DNA from: Azolla caroliniana
Taxonomy: Eukaryota; Plantae; Polypodiophyta
DNA length: 64,000 nucleotides
Assembly: GCA_043228905.1 (NCBI GenBank)
Contig: JBHGNT010000018.1
Span: forward strand, 5,642,001-5,706,000
Reading direction: 5' to 3'
Positions 50,273 through 62,496 of the stretch are shown piece by piece; position 1 is the first letter of the stretch; every line of letters starts with the position of its first letter. Position numbers and translations under genes: made by a program. Below the pieces are notes generated by a model that worked only from the letters and a program-made list of their open reading frames with translations, did not search any database and was not told where the DNA came from.

Positions 50273-52709
50273 TGTTGAGCGAACAAGCTCAACCAGATCT
50301 GGATCGGTATCCGGATAGCATCCGGAACCTTGAGCCGGATCGGTGAGCCGGATCGTATTGTAACCGGTAGGCCATTAGAGGTCTACGAATCTAGCCTAGT
50401 ATGTAGGCATAATTTTGGGAGTTAGTGCCAGTCGCTCGTATGAGCATTGAAGTACTTGTCAGTACTTCTGTCAATCCTTTATGGACTTGTATTAAAGTGC
50501 TTACTGGGCACATTGCATGTACAAAGTGTTATTATTTTGAATTGAGTTTATGTTTTCTGCTCTCTCTGTCTCTCATGTGTATTCTCTGTTCTTAAGCTTC
50601 CATTAAACCTTCATTCTCTATTTTCTGTTGCTATCCAGATAAAATGGTTTGTCAAAGCTTCCACATATTAACTTTGACATGCTATCATAGCGTGAGGGTT
50701 GAGAACCTCTGTTGCCGATAAGCGTTCTTTTTTTTCTGAAGACAACCCCTAACCACTGGTAAAAGAACAGACCAAAAAGAGAAGGTATGGACAAAAGCAT
50801 GGCGAGCTCGCTTCCAACAGAAAAGCTCGACCGGAGCAGCTACATGTCCTAGTTGTATAAAATGCACCAGTACCTACTGGGGCATGGATACTGGAGCTAC
50901 GTTGAAGGAGCGAATGAAGCAACGCCGGATTTGGCACACAAGGACTTCCCAGTATGGGAGCAATGAGCGAGCAGGGTGTTGTACTGCCTCGCGTCCTGTG
51001 TGCATGACAAGATGCTCGGCTACATCAGAGGTGCAAAATCATCGAAGGAGGCTTGGGAAAATCTCCGGAAGATTTTCGCCGCAAGTACCACAGCTCGGAA
51101 CTTACAGCTCCGGCAAGAGCTCAACAATATCCGGCAACAAGACATGTCGGTCACCGACTACACCACCAAGACCAAGGAGATCTGTGACACACTCAGGTCC
51201 ATTTACGTGAGGGTGGATGAAGACGAGATGGTCCAGATCTACCTTAGTGCTCTAGCACACCGGTACGGGCCAATCTGGACGACAGTTTGCACCCGGGAGA
51301 AGCCACTGTCCTTCTTCAACTTGTAATCGATGCTCATGGTCGAAGAAAACCACGTGAGTGGGTCAATGACCACTCAATCAGATAGCCATATGTTGTACAC
51401 GGAGGCGGATCGGCCCCATGGGCGTGGAGGACGTGGTGATTCGACACGCAATAGCGGCGGTTGGCAAGAGCAGAACCAGAGGTACAAAGATAGTGCCGAC
51501 AGCAGTTTCGAACCCTCCACTAGTAGGGGGAGTCAAGGCGGTGCCGGAAATTGGCAAGGGAAAACCGACACAAAAGGCTGGTATTGTGGCAAGAAAGGGA
51601 CTGTTGGAAGAAGTGCACCGATTCGGATAAATCCGAATCCGGCAAGGCCGGACAAGGGAACCGGCAAAGCCCGCACTATGTAGAAGGATCGGATGGATTT
51701 GGAACCGGTAAGACCGAAAAAGGACCGGCCTTTGTGATGAAGCACAAGATGAACTCGATGAAGAAAACCACTTCTAGATCGGAGGAAGTGTGGTACATTG
51801 ACTTCAGAGCATCAAACCACATGACGAGCCATGAAGAGTGGTTCTCATTTTTGGAAAAGCCAGAGCAACCAGGAATTGTCGAAACTGGAGACGACACTCC
51901 TCACCCGATTGTGCATGTCGGAGAAGTCCCTTTAAGCCATGTCGAACAAAAGGGAAAGTTGATGAACGTACAACATGTTCCAATAATCACAAAGAACCTG
52001 GTGTCAGTCGGGTAGATCATCAACCAAGGGATGCAGGTGCGGTTTACGCACCTCGGGTGCTTCATCGAGGAAGAAGGCCGAATAATTGCGCAAGGGCGTA
52101 GGGAGGGGAGGATGTTTATCCTCGACACCAACGGCGTCGGCACCACTATGTTTGCAAAAGGACAGAAGGTCAAATCGGATATCAACATGTGGCACAAGCA
52201 AATCGGCCACGTCAACTATCAGAGGCTTGAAGTCCTGCAATCGAAACAGGTTGTTTTCGGATTGCCGAAAATCAGTGGCCAGAAGGCCCAAATATGTAAG
52301 CCGGCCAGCTCAGGAAGTAACACCGGCCTCTATTTCCCACCAAAAGAAACCGGAGCCGTAACAAGTTCGATTTAATACATTCGGATGTATGGGGACCGGT
52401 CGAGAATGTTAGTCTTGGTGGGAGCCGATATTTCGTCTCCTTCATTGATGACAACAGCTGGCACACATGGATCTACCTAATCGAAAGGAAAAGCGATGTT
52501 TTCAACTGTTTCCGAAACCTGCAAAGTCTTGTGGAACGGGAAACGGAAAGGAAGAACAAGTGCCTGCGGTCGGATGGTGGAAAAGAATACTTTTCCGTCC
52601 AGTTCAACACTTATCTGCAACAAATGGGAATTCAGAGAGAATTCAGTTGCCGATACACACCGAAACAAAATGGTGTGGCCGAAAGAAAGAACCAGTCGAT
52701 TGTCGACGT
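50273..52709 (+). mobile_element. 5' half of a Copia of the C family (LTR, gag, PR, part of INT)
   Basis: LTR 50273-50679 (TGTTGAG...TTGACA); PBS TGCTATCATAGC; EKLDRSSY.., WYIDFRASNHM, LRSDGGKEY; cut at 52710. Confidence 0.88.
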
Positions 52710-53056
52710 TGTCACGTGGCGCGTGACACACTTGCTAAACGTTGTGATGTGTACATCACACGTGCACGGACAAGCACCGAGCCTCTATCCACTAATGGTT
52801 ATGGAGGAGATGAATTGGCCCTTTAGGTTTATTGCATAAAAAAGTTATTTGTTATTGAAGACGCACCCAAACTAGAATCAACGGTGCGGTGAATTGATGT
52901 GTAGGCAACGGTAATGTGGTGGTGCGCAACATTTTAGTAGGCGGCGACAATGGCGAAACGATCTTTGTTCCTTCTTCGCGAGAATTCCAGAGATATAGAG
53001 TGAATGACCACACGAAATGAAATTGTAGTAGCCGAAGTGACGCTCTAATGTGGCTA

Positions 53057-53090
<34 letters not shown>

Positions 53091-54425
53091 TCAAGAAGTT
53101 TTTAAGATAGATAGATAAACGAACGGAAATTCCAATTCTGGGTTTGAACCCTTGACTTCAATTTCAAGAAACAAGACACACCAATAAGATAACTAGGTTT
53201 TTTCTTATTAATATCTTGATTGAATACATAGCTTGATTCCTCCCCCCTCTTTTCTTTTTCTTTCCTTCTTATATAGATGCCCTCGTGCATATGATGCATG
53301 TGAGGGTGCAAGACATGCATACAATGCATGGAATGAATGTGATGCATGATTGCCATTTGGCGCTCATGCATTACATGTGATGCATGATAACCATGTCACG
53401 CAATCAAGTTCTCATGTATGACAATTTACATGTGAAAACTACTATGATGAAAATAAGGTTTAAAGAAACAAGCTTAGTCTAATGGTAAGTCAATTGTCTC
53501 TTATTTTAGAGGTGCAATTTTCAAAACCTTACTTGCACCCCTTGGTATGCCACTAGGCCTTAGGCTTATTTTTTATATTTTGTGTAATGAGCACCTAAAC
53601 ACACATCACATGTGCACATTAACGTGCTAACATACAAGTGTAACCATCACCCCTTTCATATGTGTGCATATTGCACCTTCTCGATTTTGTCGGTTCCACG
53701 TGATTTTCACATCGTTGCCGAAAATCTTCACGACATCCACCCCCACCAAACCGCACGTCCTCCAGTACGTGCCAAGAAAAGAGTGTGAGATTTCAACTAC
53801 GATGATGAATCAATTTCCTTCATGTCCTCATTGACCTCTCTATCTTCATGGTTGACGTCATCATGGTTAGGACCCTCGTCTTTTCTTGAAGATATTTTCC
53901 CCACAATGGGTATGACCAACCTTGATCCGTCTAGCTCCGCGACGTAGTAAGTGACATAGTCGTTAGAACTTGTCACCACATATGGTCCGAACCACCTTCT
54001 TGCGAACTTTCTTGTCGTTCTATGTTGGTTGTCAAGATTGTTGTTGTAGATCAATACCCAATCCCCATCTTCTTGGGACGCAGTCAATTGTCTTGTCAAA
54101 CCGAATCTAAAAACCGAGTGCTTCTTCGAATTAGCCAATCCTTTTCTTTGAGATGGGAGATAGAAATGTTGGCAATACAACCTCCTCTGTTTTGTTGAAC
54201 ATCCCACCATCTTGATGCATCTTTCCCTTCCTTCCCATGGGTAGTCCTCACAATCACTTCTTTCCTTTTTTCTTTATAAGTAATAACCATCCATTTTACC
54301 ACAACATCATCTTCTTCGATAACAACCTCAATGTTAATTATACTTACATCATCATTATAGTCATCCTTTGAGTTAACAACATCTTTAATCATCGAACCAT
54401 TTATCACGAGATAACCATCATATTC

Positions 54426-54718
54426 AATATCATCTACCCTAAACTCATCCTTCCCACACACTCACAACACCAACATTATCATCATACACATCCCAAACCA
54501 TCATAACATTTTCTAGATTATCCTAAATATTATCAACCTTAATCCCATCCTTCGCACACATACTCACAACATCAACATCATCATTATACACATCCCAAAT
54601 AACATTTTCTAGATTATCCTCAATATTATCAACCTTAATCCCATCCTTCCCACACATACTCACAACATCGACATCATCATTATACACATCCCAACTAACA
54701 TTTTCTAGATTTTCCTTA
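54426..54718. repeat. Tandem repeat, about 3 x 96-100 bp
   Basis: AATATTATCAACCTTAATCCCATCCTTC..CACACATACTCACAACATC..ACATTTTCTAGATT units at 54426, 54526 and 54622. Confidence 0.8.
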
Positions 54719-55581
54719 GTTATACCCTTGTGATCATTAAGTAACCCTACATCATCATGGACATATTTTTGTAGAATGTCCTAATCATCACAAATCCCTA
54801 TTCTATTTTCATAATGGATATCCTCATGAATGTCACCATTTAATTTAGTGAAACCCTTATAAAATCTATCATGAAGAAAACCAAGACAACCTAAAACACA
54901 CAATTCCTCTTCGTCACTCTCATCCTCATCATTACCCTTATCATAACCATATCCACAGAAAGTGCACAACCCCTCATTCTTCTCATGACAATCACTCTCA
55001 CCATCAAGTCCATTGTTTAGGTTTATAATCGAGTCGGTCTTGTTGCCGAAGACACTTGTGTGGGTTGACTGAGAGGAAGAGAGAGAGAGAGATTGAGATT
55101 GAGAAAATATTTACTGCACCACAAAGATGTCGTGAAGCACGTGACACATGTGCCAAACGTCACGATGTGCGCGTTACACTTGCGCAGACAAGCACCAGCC
55201 TCTATCCGCAAACAGTGATGGAGGATCGAAGGGATCATACAAGACAACAAAGCGGGACCGTCAGTGTTCTGGACCGGAAGGACTAGCACAAGTGAGAAAG
55301 TATTAAAGGTATATAAGTAGATAGATAGATACAGACGAAAATTCCAATTCCAGGTTTGAACCTTTGACTTCAAAATCGAGAGACAAGTTACATTGCTAAT
55401 GAGTCAACAAAGCTTTTATTATTATTTTGTTAATTCCATACATTGCCTCTATGTGTACAGGTTCCCATTTGAATTTTCTCCCTTTTTTCAATAAGCTATA
55501 CAAGGGTTCAACCACATGAGCATAGTGCGGAATCCAAATGTGGTAGAACACACATGCTCCTAAGAATCTTCGGACCTCTGT

Positions 55582-56760
55582 CTACATTCCACATTCCTCT
55601 AGCATCTCTTGAATAGTATTCACCTTCTCGGGAGAGGGTTTCTGTCCGTATGGTCCACAAAGGTGTCCCACAACTAGGATCTCGCGTTGGCCAAATGCTG
55701 ATTTTTCTCCGGAGAATGTGAGCCCTGCACATTCTAGTCGTTTTAGCACTCTTCCACAATCTTCAATATGGTTTGAAACAAATCTTCGACATCCATCTGG
55801 ATCTAAAGACTCATCGTTCTCTGATTTAGGGCACCCCTTTATAGGGATATCATCGAGGAAAGGCATCGTAATATCTAGGATGCAGTCTCTTAGTACTTTG
55901 TTCATGGCATTCATCATATGGGCCACTGAGTTAGTTGCCCCTTGCGGTAATGTACACATCCTTACTAGCCCGATGGGAGTCCACATCGTTGTGATGTCTC
56001 GACTATCCAAAGACAATTGAAATTGGTCGTGTCCAGAATACAAGTCTCGAATTGAGTAAATTGACCTTCCCGCAAAAGCTTCAACAAACTCATCAACACT
56101 AGGTCCAATACCAACATTACGAATGGTGACCTTGTTTACCGTTTGCAGATATTGGATAAATCGAAGCGCTCCATTCTTCTTCGGCACTGTGAACCACCTA
56201 TTTGAATAAGGCGCATTAGATGGCTCAAGGATTCCCATTCTAATCTTTTCTTTTAACAACTCTAGCAATCTTGGAATGTGAGCTCTTGGAACGGGAATTG
56301 GCTTCAAGTTCCATGGCACATGGGGTATTGTAAAGATAACCATTGGTTCCACAAGCGTTGGGTCAACACATCCGATCTCTTGTGGGTAAAAGGCAAATGC
56401 TTTCCCGTGTTGCTCCAACATTTCTCGGAACTTGGACTCTTCTTTGGGTAGCAAAAACTCACCCCCACCAATTTTGAGCTTCCTCCGAGTTTCGTCGATG
56501 AAGACATGGCCTACTCCTTTCAGGTCTCTAAGGTACGGATCTCGCGCTACCTCCTTTATTCGCTGCCAACTGTCTTCAGGCAAGGGAGCAGCCACAGGTT
56601 TGACTTTCTTATCCGCAGTCTTGTATTTGGTATTAACTTTGACTTCATCCATTTGACACCTTGTTCGTATCCGTCGATGACGGTGTATAAGGCGATATAG
56701 TTGATTGGAATCATTTTGTTGACTTACGTTTTGATTCGATAACTTTCTCCATTTCCCCAA
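55582..56760 (-). pseudogene. Gypsy reverse transcriptase, 3'-truncated
   Basis: KYKTADKKVKPV, YSNRWFTVPKKNGALRFIQ, DLYSGHDQF, LPQGATNSV, PFLDDIPIKG. Confidence 0.88.
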
Positions 56761-57014
56761 GAGTATAATTAAATGATATTATCTCCATGTACCCGTTTAT
56801 TGCCTCTTCCTCATTCATAATCCTGATTTCTCTAAATTGTTCCTCTGGGATTTCTATTTTAATATCTCTTCCATTTATGTTTCTAAATTTACACAACCCA
56901 TTTTCAGAAAACAAGACTTCCTTTTTATTTATGGGTGACAACTTTTATTACACTGAATTGGGGACATAGTTAGATGTCCCGGACTATTGTTGTACCTCTC
57001 CCTAATAGCCCGAA

Positions 57015-57548
57015 TTAAAAATCCTCCCTAGATTCTTTCCCTAAGTTATGCCTATTTCTTTCATGGTTCAGTCGCACGGTGAGGAATTGAACCAAGCTTG
57101 TCCCATCTTGACTTCGTATCCGTGCAGATACCGAACCATTATCAAGTACCTTTGTCTCCATCCGGGATGCTGTAATGTAAGCCTCGCCAAGGATGACAGG
57201 ATGTGATGCCGATTCTTGCACAAAGAAGTGTTGATCATGCTCAACGTCGCCAATAGTTACCTTAACGTTAGGGCAGGCCCCATGAAGCTCTTCTCTCACC
57301 CTGGTTGCCACTTGAATCTTCCACCCATGCCTAGTATTAATGGGCCAACAACCTTTCCGATAGAAGTCAAGAGACATGAGGTTGATCTCCGAGCCATGAT
57401 GAATGAACGCTACCACCGGATCTTTCAAGTCTCCCATCCGCACCGGTGTCTCAGTAGTGGCCCTAGCCCAATGTGGCCTTGCGAAAGGGTTATCCACAAA
57501 TTCTTGTTCGATTTCAAGACCTTCCGTTGTGATCACTCGTCGAGACAT
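57015..57548 (-). pseudogene. Gypsy aspartic protease region ending in a stop before RT
   Basis: VVAFIHHGSEINLMS (D>H at the active site), HPVILG, ...REDF*. Confidence 0.75.
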
Positions 57549-57560
57549 TTGTCGATCTGG

Positions 57561-57809
57561 TTCCTTCTTCAGTTGTTGGCAGTCTCTTCCTTTTTATTAA
57601 GACAATGATGACATCATGAAATTCTTTCTTTGCAATTCCTAAGATCTCCCGTAGTGTGAACTTGATTCGGCTATCCAGGATCCTTCCTTCTTCAGTTGTT
57701 TGGCAATCTCTTCCTTTTTATTAAGTCAATGATGACATCATGAAATTATTTCTTTGCAATTCCTAAGATCTCCTGTAGTGTGAACTCAATTCGGCTATCC
57801 AGGATCCTT
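57561..57809. repeat. Tandem duplication, about 2 x 123 bp
   Basis: TTCCTTCTTCAGTTGTT..GGCTATCCAGGATCCTT at 57561 and 57684. Confidence 0.8.
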
Positions 57810-58387
57810 TCTTCCATCACACGCTTAAGGTTGGAGGATTGCTCTGATGGAGGAAATGGAAGAAAACAAAGTGAATAGTGTTTACTATTCCTCATCCGTC
57901 GGAATTCGAGCTAGACACGAGAACAAGAGCCAAAGAGTCTCAAGCAGGAGAATTTTGGCCGACCATATTGAATCAAGTCAGAAAAGGGAAGCTCTGCATG
58001 AAGGAAGGCATTCAAAGCAGAATGAAGAATCCAAGCAATGACGGGACGGGAGGACCCTGTGGAGGAGAAGTCTAGCTTGGTCAAGGTTATGTGTCAAAAC
58101 CACGACATCCTAATTGAAGAGAAACGAAAAAGACCATATCACCAATCATGCTCTTCAAAGAAACATGACACAACAAAACCTTACTTGCACCCCTTGGTAT
58201 GCCACTAGGCCTTTGGCTTATTTTTTATATTTTGTGTAATGAGCACCTAAACACACATCACACGTGCACATTGACGTGCTAACATATGAGTGTAACCATC
58301 ACCCCTTTCATACGTGTGCATATTGCACCTTCTCCATTTTGTCGGTTCCACATGATTTTCACACCGTTGTCGATAATCTTCACGACA

Positions 58388-59294
58388 ACACGGCACGAGC
58401 AATGTTGGAAGAGAAGAGCATGGTGAATGTCGTGCAGAATACCCCCAACTTGCCAGCAAGCTCGATAGGAGGGGAAGGGCAAGTTAACTTCTTCTTTGAA
58501 GTTACTCCCTTGGGAGGAGAGTTCGGACAACCCCCGGCTGAAGGTGTTAATGTGGAAGGTTGCAGGATCTGACTCTCTCATCTTCATATTGAACAATTGT
58601 CAAATCAATATGAGTTTCGACGAGGACTTCTTTTCGTACATTGCTTGCAACTTCTCCCATAACGAGAAAGTTGTTGTCTCCTTGGCCATGCTGAAATAGA
58701 CATTCTCGGCCAGATTCATTCAGATGGTGGAGCGCACAATTTCGTCCAGTGATCTCCACTCTTCAACTGACATCGTAGCAGGTTTTTCGCTATGTCGACT
58801 TGTCTCTTGATGATCAACACATCCTACATCATCTCCTTCCACAAGGAAAAAAAAATTGCATCGAACTTTCTGATTTCAACTCTTATTCCGGATGTTGAGG
58901 CCATATTCTTTTTCGAAAGTGAGATTTTTGCTGACCTTGTCCTCTTTTTCACCTTTCTTTGCTTCTTTTGTTGCCGTCGAGTAGCAAGTCGCTCTAATAC
59001 CACTCGTGGAAAATAATGTGCGGAAGCAAGTGAGGACCTATCGGTGAATGTGCACAGCAAACAACACAAAGAATGTGACAGAGGATATGATTGAACTGCA
59101 AACACAGTATGAGCTCAAATGGAAGCTTTTTCTATTTCTTATTCTCTTTCTCTCATTGAGATTCAAGATATACACAAATGATCAAGAAAATATTGTTGCT
59201 ACGTTAGGTTATTGTTTATATATTAAGCCCTAACTCTTTGGACGTATTCACACTAGGATACAAAGTGGAAGGGAGTCAGCTCGTTATGCCAACA
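58388..59294 (-). mobile_element. 5' end of a Copia (LTR about 59005-59294, PBS, gag)
   Basis: PBS TGGTATTAGAGC at 59002-58991; gag IRVEIRKFD..FSLWK..LWEKLQAMYEKKS..LIRQLFNMKM. Confidence 0.8.
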
Positions 59295-60847
59295 ACCTCT
59301 ACTTTAGACAATGTATGGTTTGTCGAATCTAGAGCATCCAATCACATGATGCCTTACGAAGATTAGTTCCAAGAGTTGCAAAAACCTAATCGACCCGGCT
59401 ACATTAAAACTGGGGACGACACAATTCACCCCATTCAGCATGTCAAAAATGTCCCGTTCGAGAACAACAAACAAGCTTGCATCAAGAACGACTTGCATGT
59501 CCCGACCATCACGAAAAATCTGGTCTTGGTTGACCAAATGGTAGAACAATGGGTGCAAGTATGGTTCGATCACAAAGGGTGCTTTATTGAAAAGGTCGAA
59601 GAAAAGGTTGAATGTTCATCCTCAATTTAAACGAGGTGAAGTTGACTATGTTCATGAAAGGCCTCAAAGTCGACACTAACTTGGAAGTGTAGCACAAAAG
59701 AATCAGCCACATCAATCTCCAAAAGCTCAAGGGCATATAGTCAAAAGGAGTCACCATTGGACTCCCAACTTTTACAAATGAGATTGTCGAAGTGTGTGAA
59801 GCTTGCCAATTCTGCAAGCAACATCGATATCCGTTCCCGAAGGAGAGGAACGTAAGCAAAGGGATCCTAAATGTAATACATTCAGATGTGTGGGGGCCAA
59901 CTTGGATGGTTACATTCGGCGGATGCCGATATTACGTGACGTTCATCAACAACTTTTCCAGACACACTTTGATCTACCCCATGTAGCAAAAGAGTGAAGT
60001 GTTCACACACTTCCAAACGTTTAAAAACGAAGTCGAAAAGGCAACCAATCAACATGTACGATGCCTTCGATCAGATGGAGGCAAGGAGTACTTCTCTGAC
60101 ACCTTCATAGCATACCTTCGACAAGAACGAATTTGGCGAGAGTTTTCTTGCCAGCATACACCTCAACAAAACAAAGTAGTCAAACAAAAGAATCAACTCA
60201 TATTAGAGGTAACAAGGGCGATGATGAACAAAAAGAACCTGCTAAAGTCGTACTGGGCAAAAGCACCTAACATAGCCATCAACCTAATGAATCGGTGCAC
60301 AACATCAAGAGTGCATGATGTTACAGCCCACGAGAAGCCAAAGTTATCTCATATCAAGATATTTGACTCAATTGCTTATGTACATATTCTCGACGAAAAG
60401 CGATAGAAGCTTAATCCTAAGTCGAAGAAATGTATCCTTGTAGGATACTCACTCGAACAAAAGGGATACAAATGTTATAATTCATATACCTGAAAAGTTC
60501 AAGTAAGTCAGGACGTTGTTTTCGACGAGTTGGCATCCTAGTACAAACCAAAGATGACTCTGACTCCAATCCCAATCGACCCAAATTCGACCGAACAAGA
60601 GATTGAAGAGGACAATCAGTTGTGACATATGTTCGAAGAAAGTCCAACTATGACCAAGCTGAGTGGACCTAAAGAGCCTTAGAGTGATCAAAGCACATCT
60701 CGACCAAATTCGAAGATGGACAAAGGGAAGAACAAAATGTCGAAGTACAAAGATCCGGACGACCACAAATTGACTCACTCGATAGTGAGTTTGAAGGCCT
60801 TGATGCTCCAATAATGCAAACAAATGGATGTGAAGACAAATTAGAAC
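59295..60847 (+). mobile_element. Degenerate Copia internal fragment (PR-INT; C-like family)
   Basis: WFVESRASNHM, VPTITKNLV, CEACQFCKQHR, IHSDVWGP, LRSDGGKEY. Confidence 0.82.
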
Positions 60848-61480
60848 CATAAATTGACATATTCGCATTCGTCAGGTTTCCCATTCGAATGCAAACAAAT
60901 ACGAATATGAATGGGTGGTCAAGTATTCATTTAACTTCTCTTTTTTTGAACTATCTTTTTTAATTTCCTAGGATAAAAAAAAGGAACTTGACAATAAATA
61001 GGGATAATAAAAGAGGGACTCGGGGATTTGATAGTACTAAAATTTTATAATAAGTATATAACTTGATATAAGTATTCGTTTTATTTTCAATAAATAAATA
61101 AAATAAAATAAAAGCTCATTAATTTCTCACTTTTTATTCCCTCAAAATTTATGGATATTTTTATTTTGACATTAAAAATAGTACTTCAAACTAATCATAT
61201 CTTCAAAGTTCATACTAATCATATTTGTATAATAAATATAAAAATATTCGTTTTTTTTTAATTAATTAATTAATTGATTATTTAAAATAAGTTTCATAAA
61301 CTCTCTTGACACTATAATCTATTAATGAATAATTGTTCTTTTTTTGGTTAAATAAATATTTTATATTTATTTTGCAAAACAAATGGTTTTCTAATATTCT
61401 TGGGGTCATTTCATATTCTCGAATATTGAGAATATTGCACATGGAGAATATCACGAATATCACGCATGTGTCAATCTATG
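60848..61480. mobile_element. hAT-type MITE, family 3
   Basis: TIRs CATAAATTGACA / TGTCAATCTATG; perfect 8-bp TSD ATTAGAAC; ATTCG/CGAAT subterminal repeats. Confidence 0.88.
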
Positions 61481-62496
61481 ATTAGAACAATAAACACACA
61501 ATACAATGATGCGTAATGGCAATTAGGGACTTTTGGCTTATGATATAAATAAGGGACTAGCTACCTCATTCACCTTCGAGGTGTCTATCATCTAATCCAA
61601 ACCAAAGTACATCTCTAACCACACGCTACAGTATGGGTAGCAATTGGGGTTTAGGGATTGTCTAAAATCCTTTGCTTAAGGGTGATCAAGAGCAACAACA
61701 TCCTCACTCATTTATTTTCTTATTTTCAATAACATAATTAGTTTGATCTAATCATGCCCAGTAAGTGACAGTACATCCATCACTTACAAGTATTATCACA
61801 ACCACAAATACTATAAGAACACCATTATAAACTTAACATGAAGGTCCAAGATCGATCAGCATTATTCAGCCCACCACATGCATCAACTTCAATGTACCTT
61901 GAATCACCATCTGATGCACAAGGTTGCAATCTGAACCATCAGAGGAACATGTTTGGTTGGGCGTTTTTCATTGTAATGATTTATCCTCCTGTAACATAGA
62001 GACTAAATTTCAGTGGCCAAGAGAAGGGAATGCCCTTCTGCATAGTTGAGTCCCAAGATAACTACACTTCTGCAGCCAGGGTTTTGCAGGATCCATCAAA
62101 AAACAACCAAACCTAAACGAGCAATCCAGATACTGAATTAGGAACACCATTATATGTATTTATTTATATGCCCACAATGATATCAATGGTTAACCAGGAC
62201 AAAAGTGTTCTCAAGATTAAAATCTGTTAGTTTTATCTATTTAGTTAACAAGAAATAGGCCAAAGCTCCACTCCACTCCACAGCAAATTATATGGGAGGG
62301 GGGAAGGAAAAGAGAAAGACTGCGAAGGTTCCCCCAATTATGTGAGAGGGATTGGAAGCAGAAGGGAGAAACAAAAAAGGTATTATAGTGTAAATAATTG
62401 ATATCAGAAAACAGCTAAGACTAAAATTAGCATAGGATTCACATAGATTATCTCGTGTAGTCAGACAGCCAAAATGGTAATCATTTTCCATAGCTC

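Larger units (their letters stand above)
52710..58387 (-). mobile_element. Rearranged Gypsy complex D (LTR 52710-53735; related, split LTR 55128 to about 55510 plus about 58175-58387)
   Basis: PPT GGTGGGGGTGGA next to 53735; INT C-terminus (DWVLIYN..RKFARRWFGPYVV); PBS-like TGGTGCAGTA at 55121-55112; 58175-58387 matches 53522-53735; flanks give no TSD (GACGT/ACACG). Confidence 0.75.
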
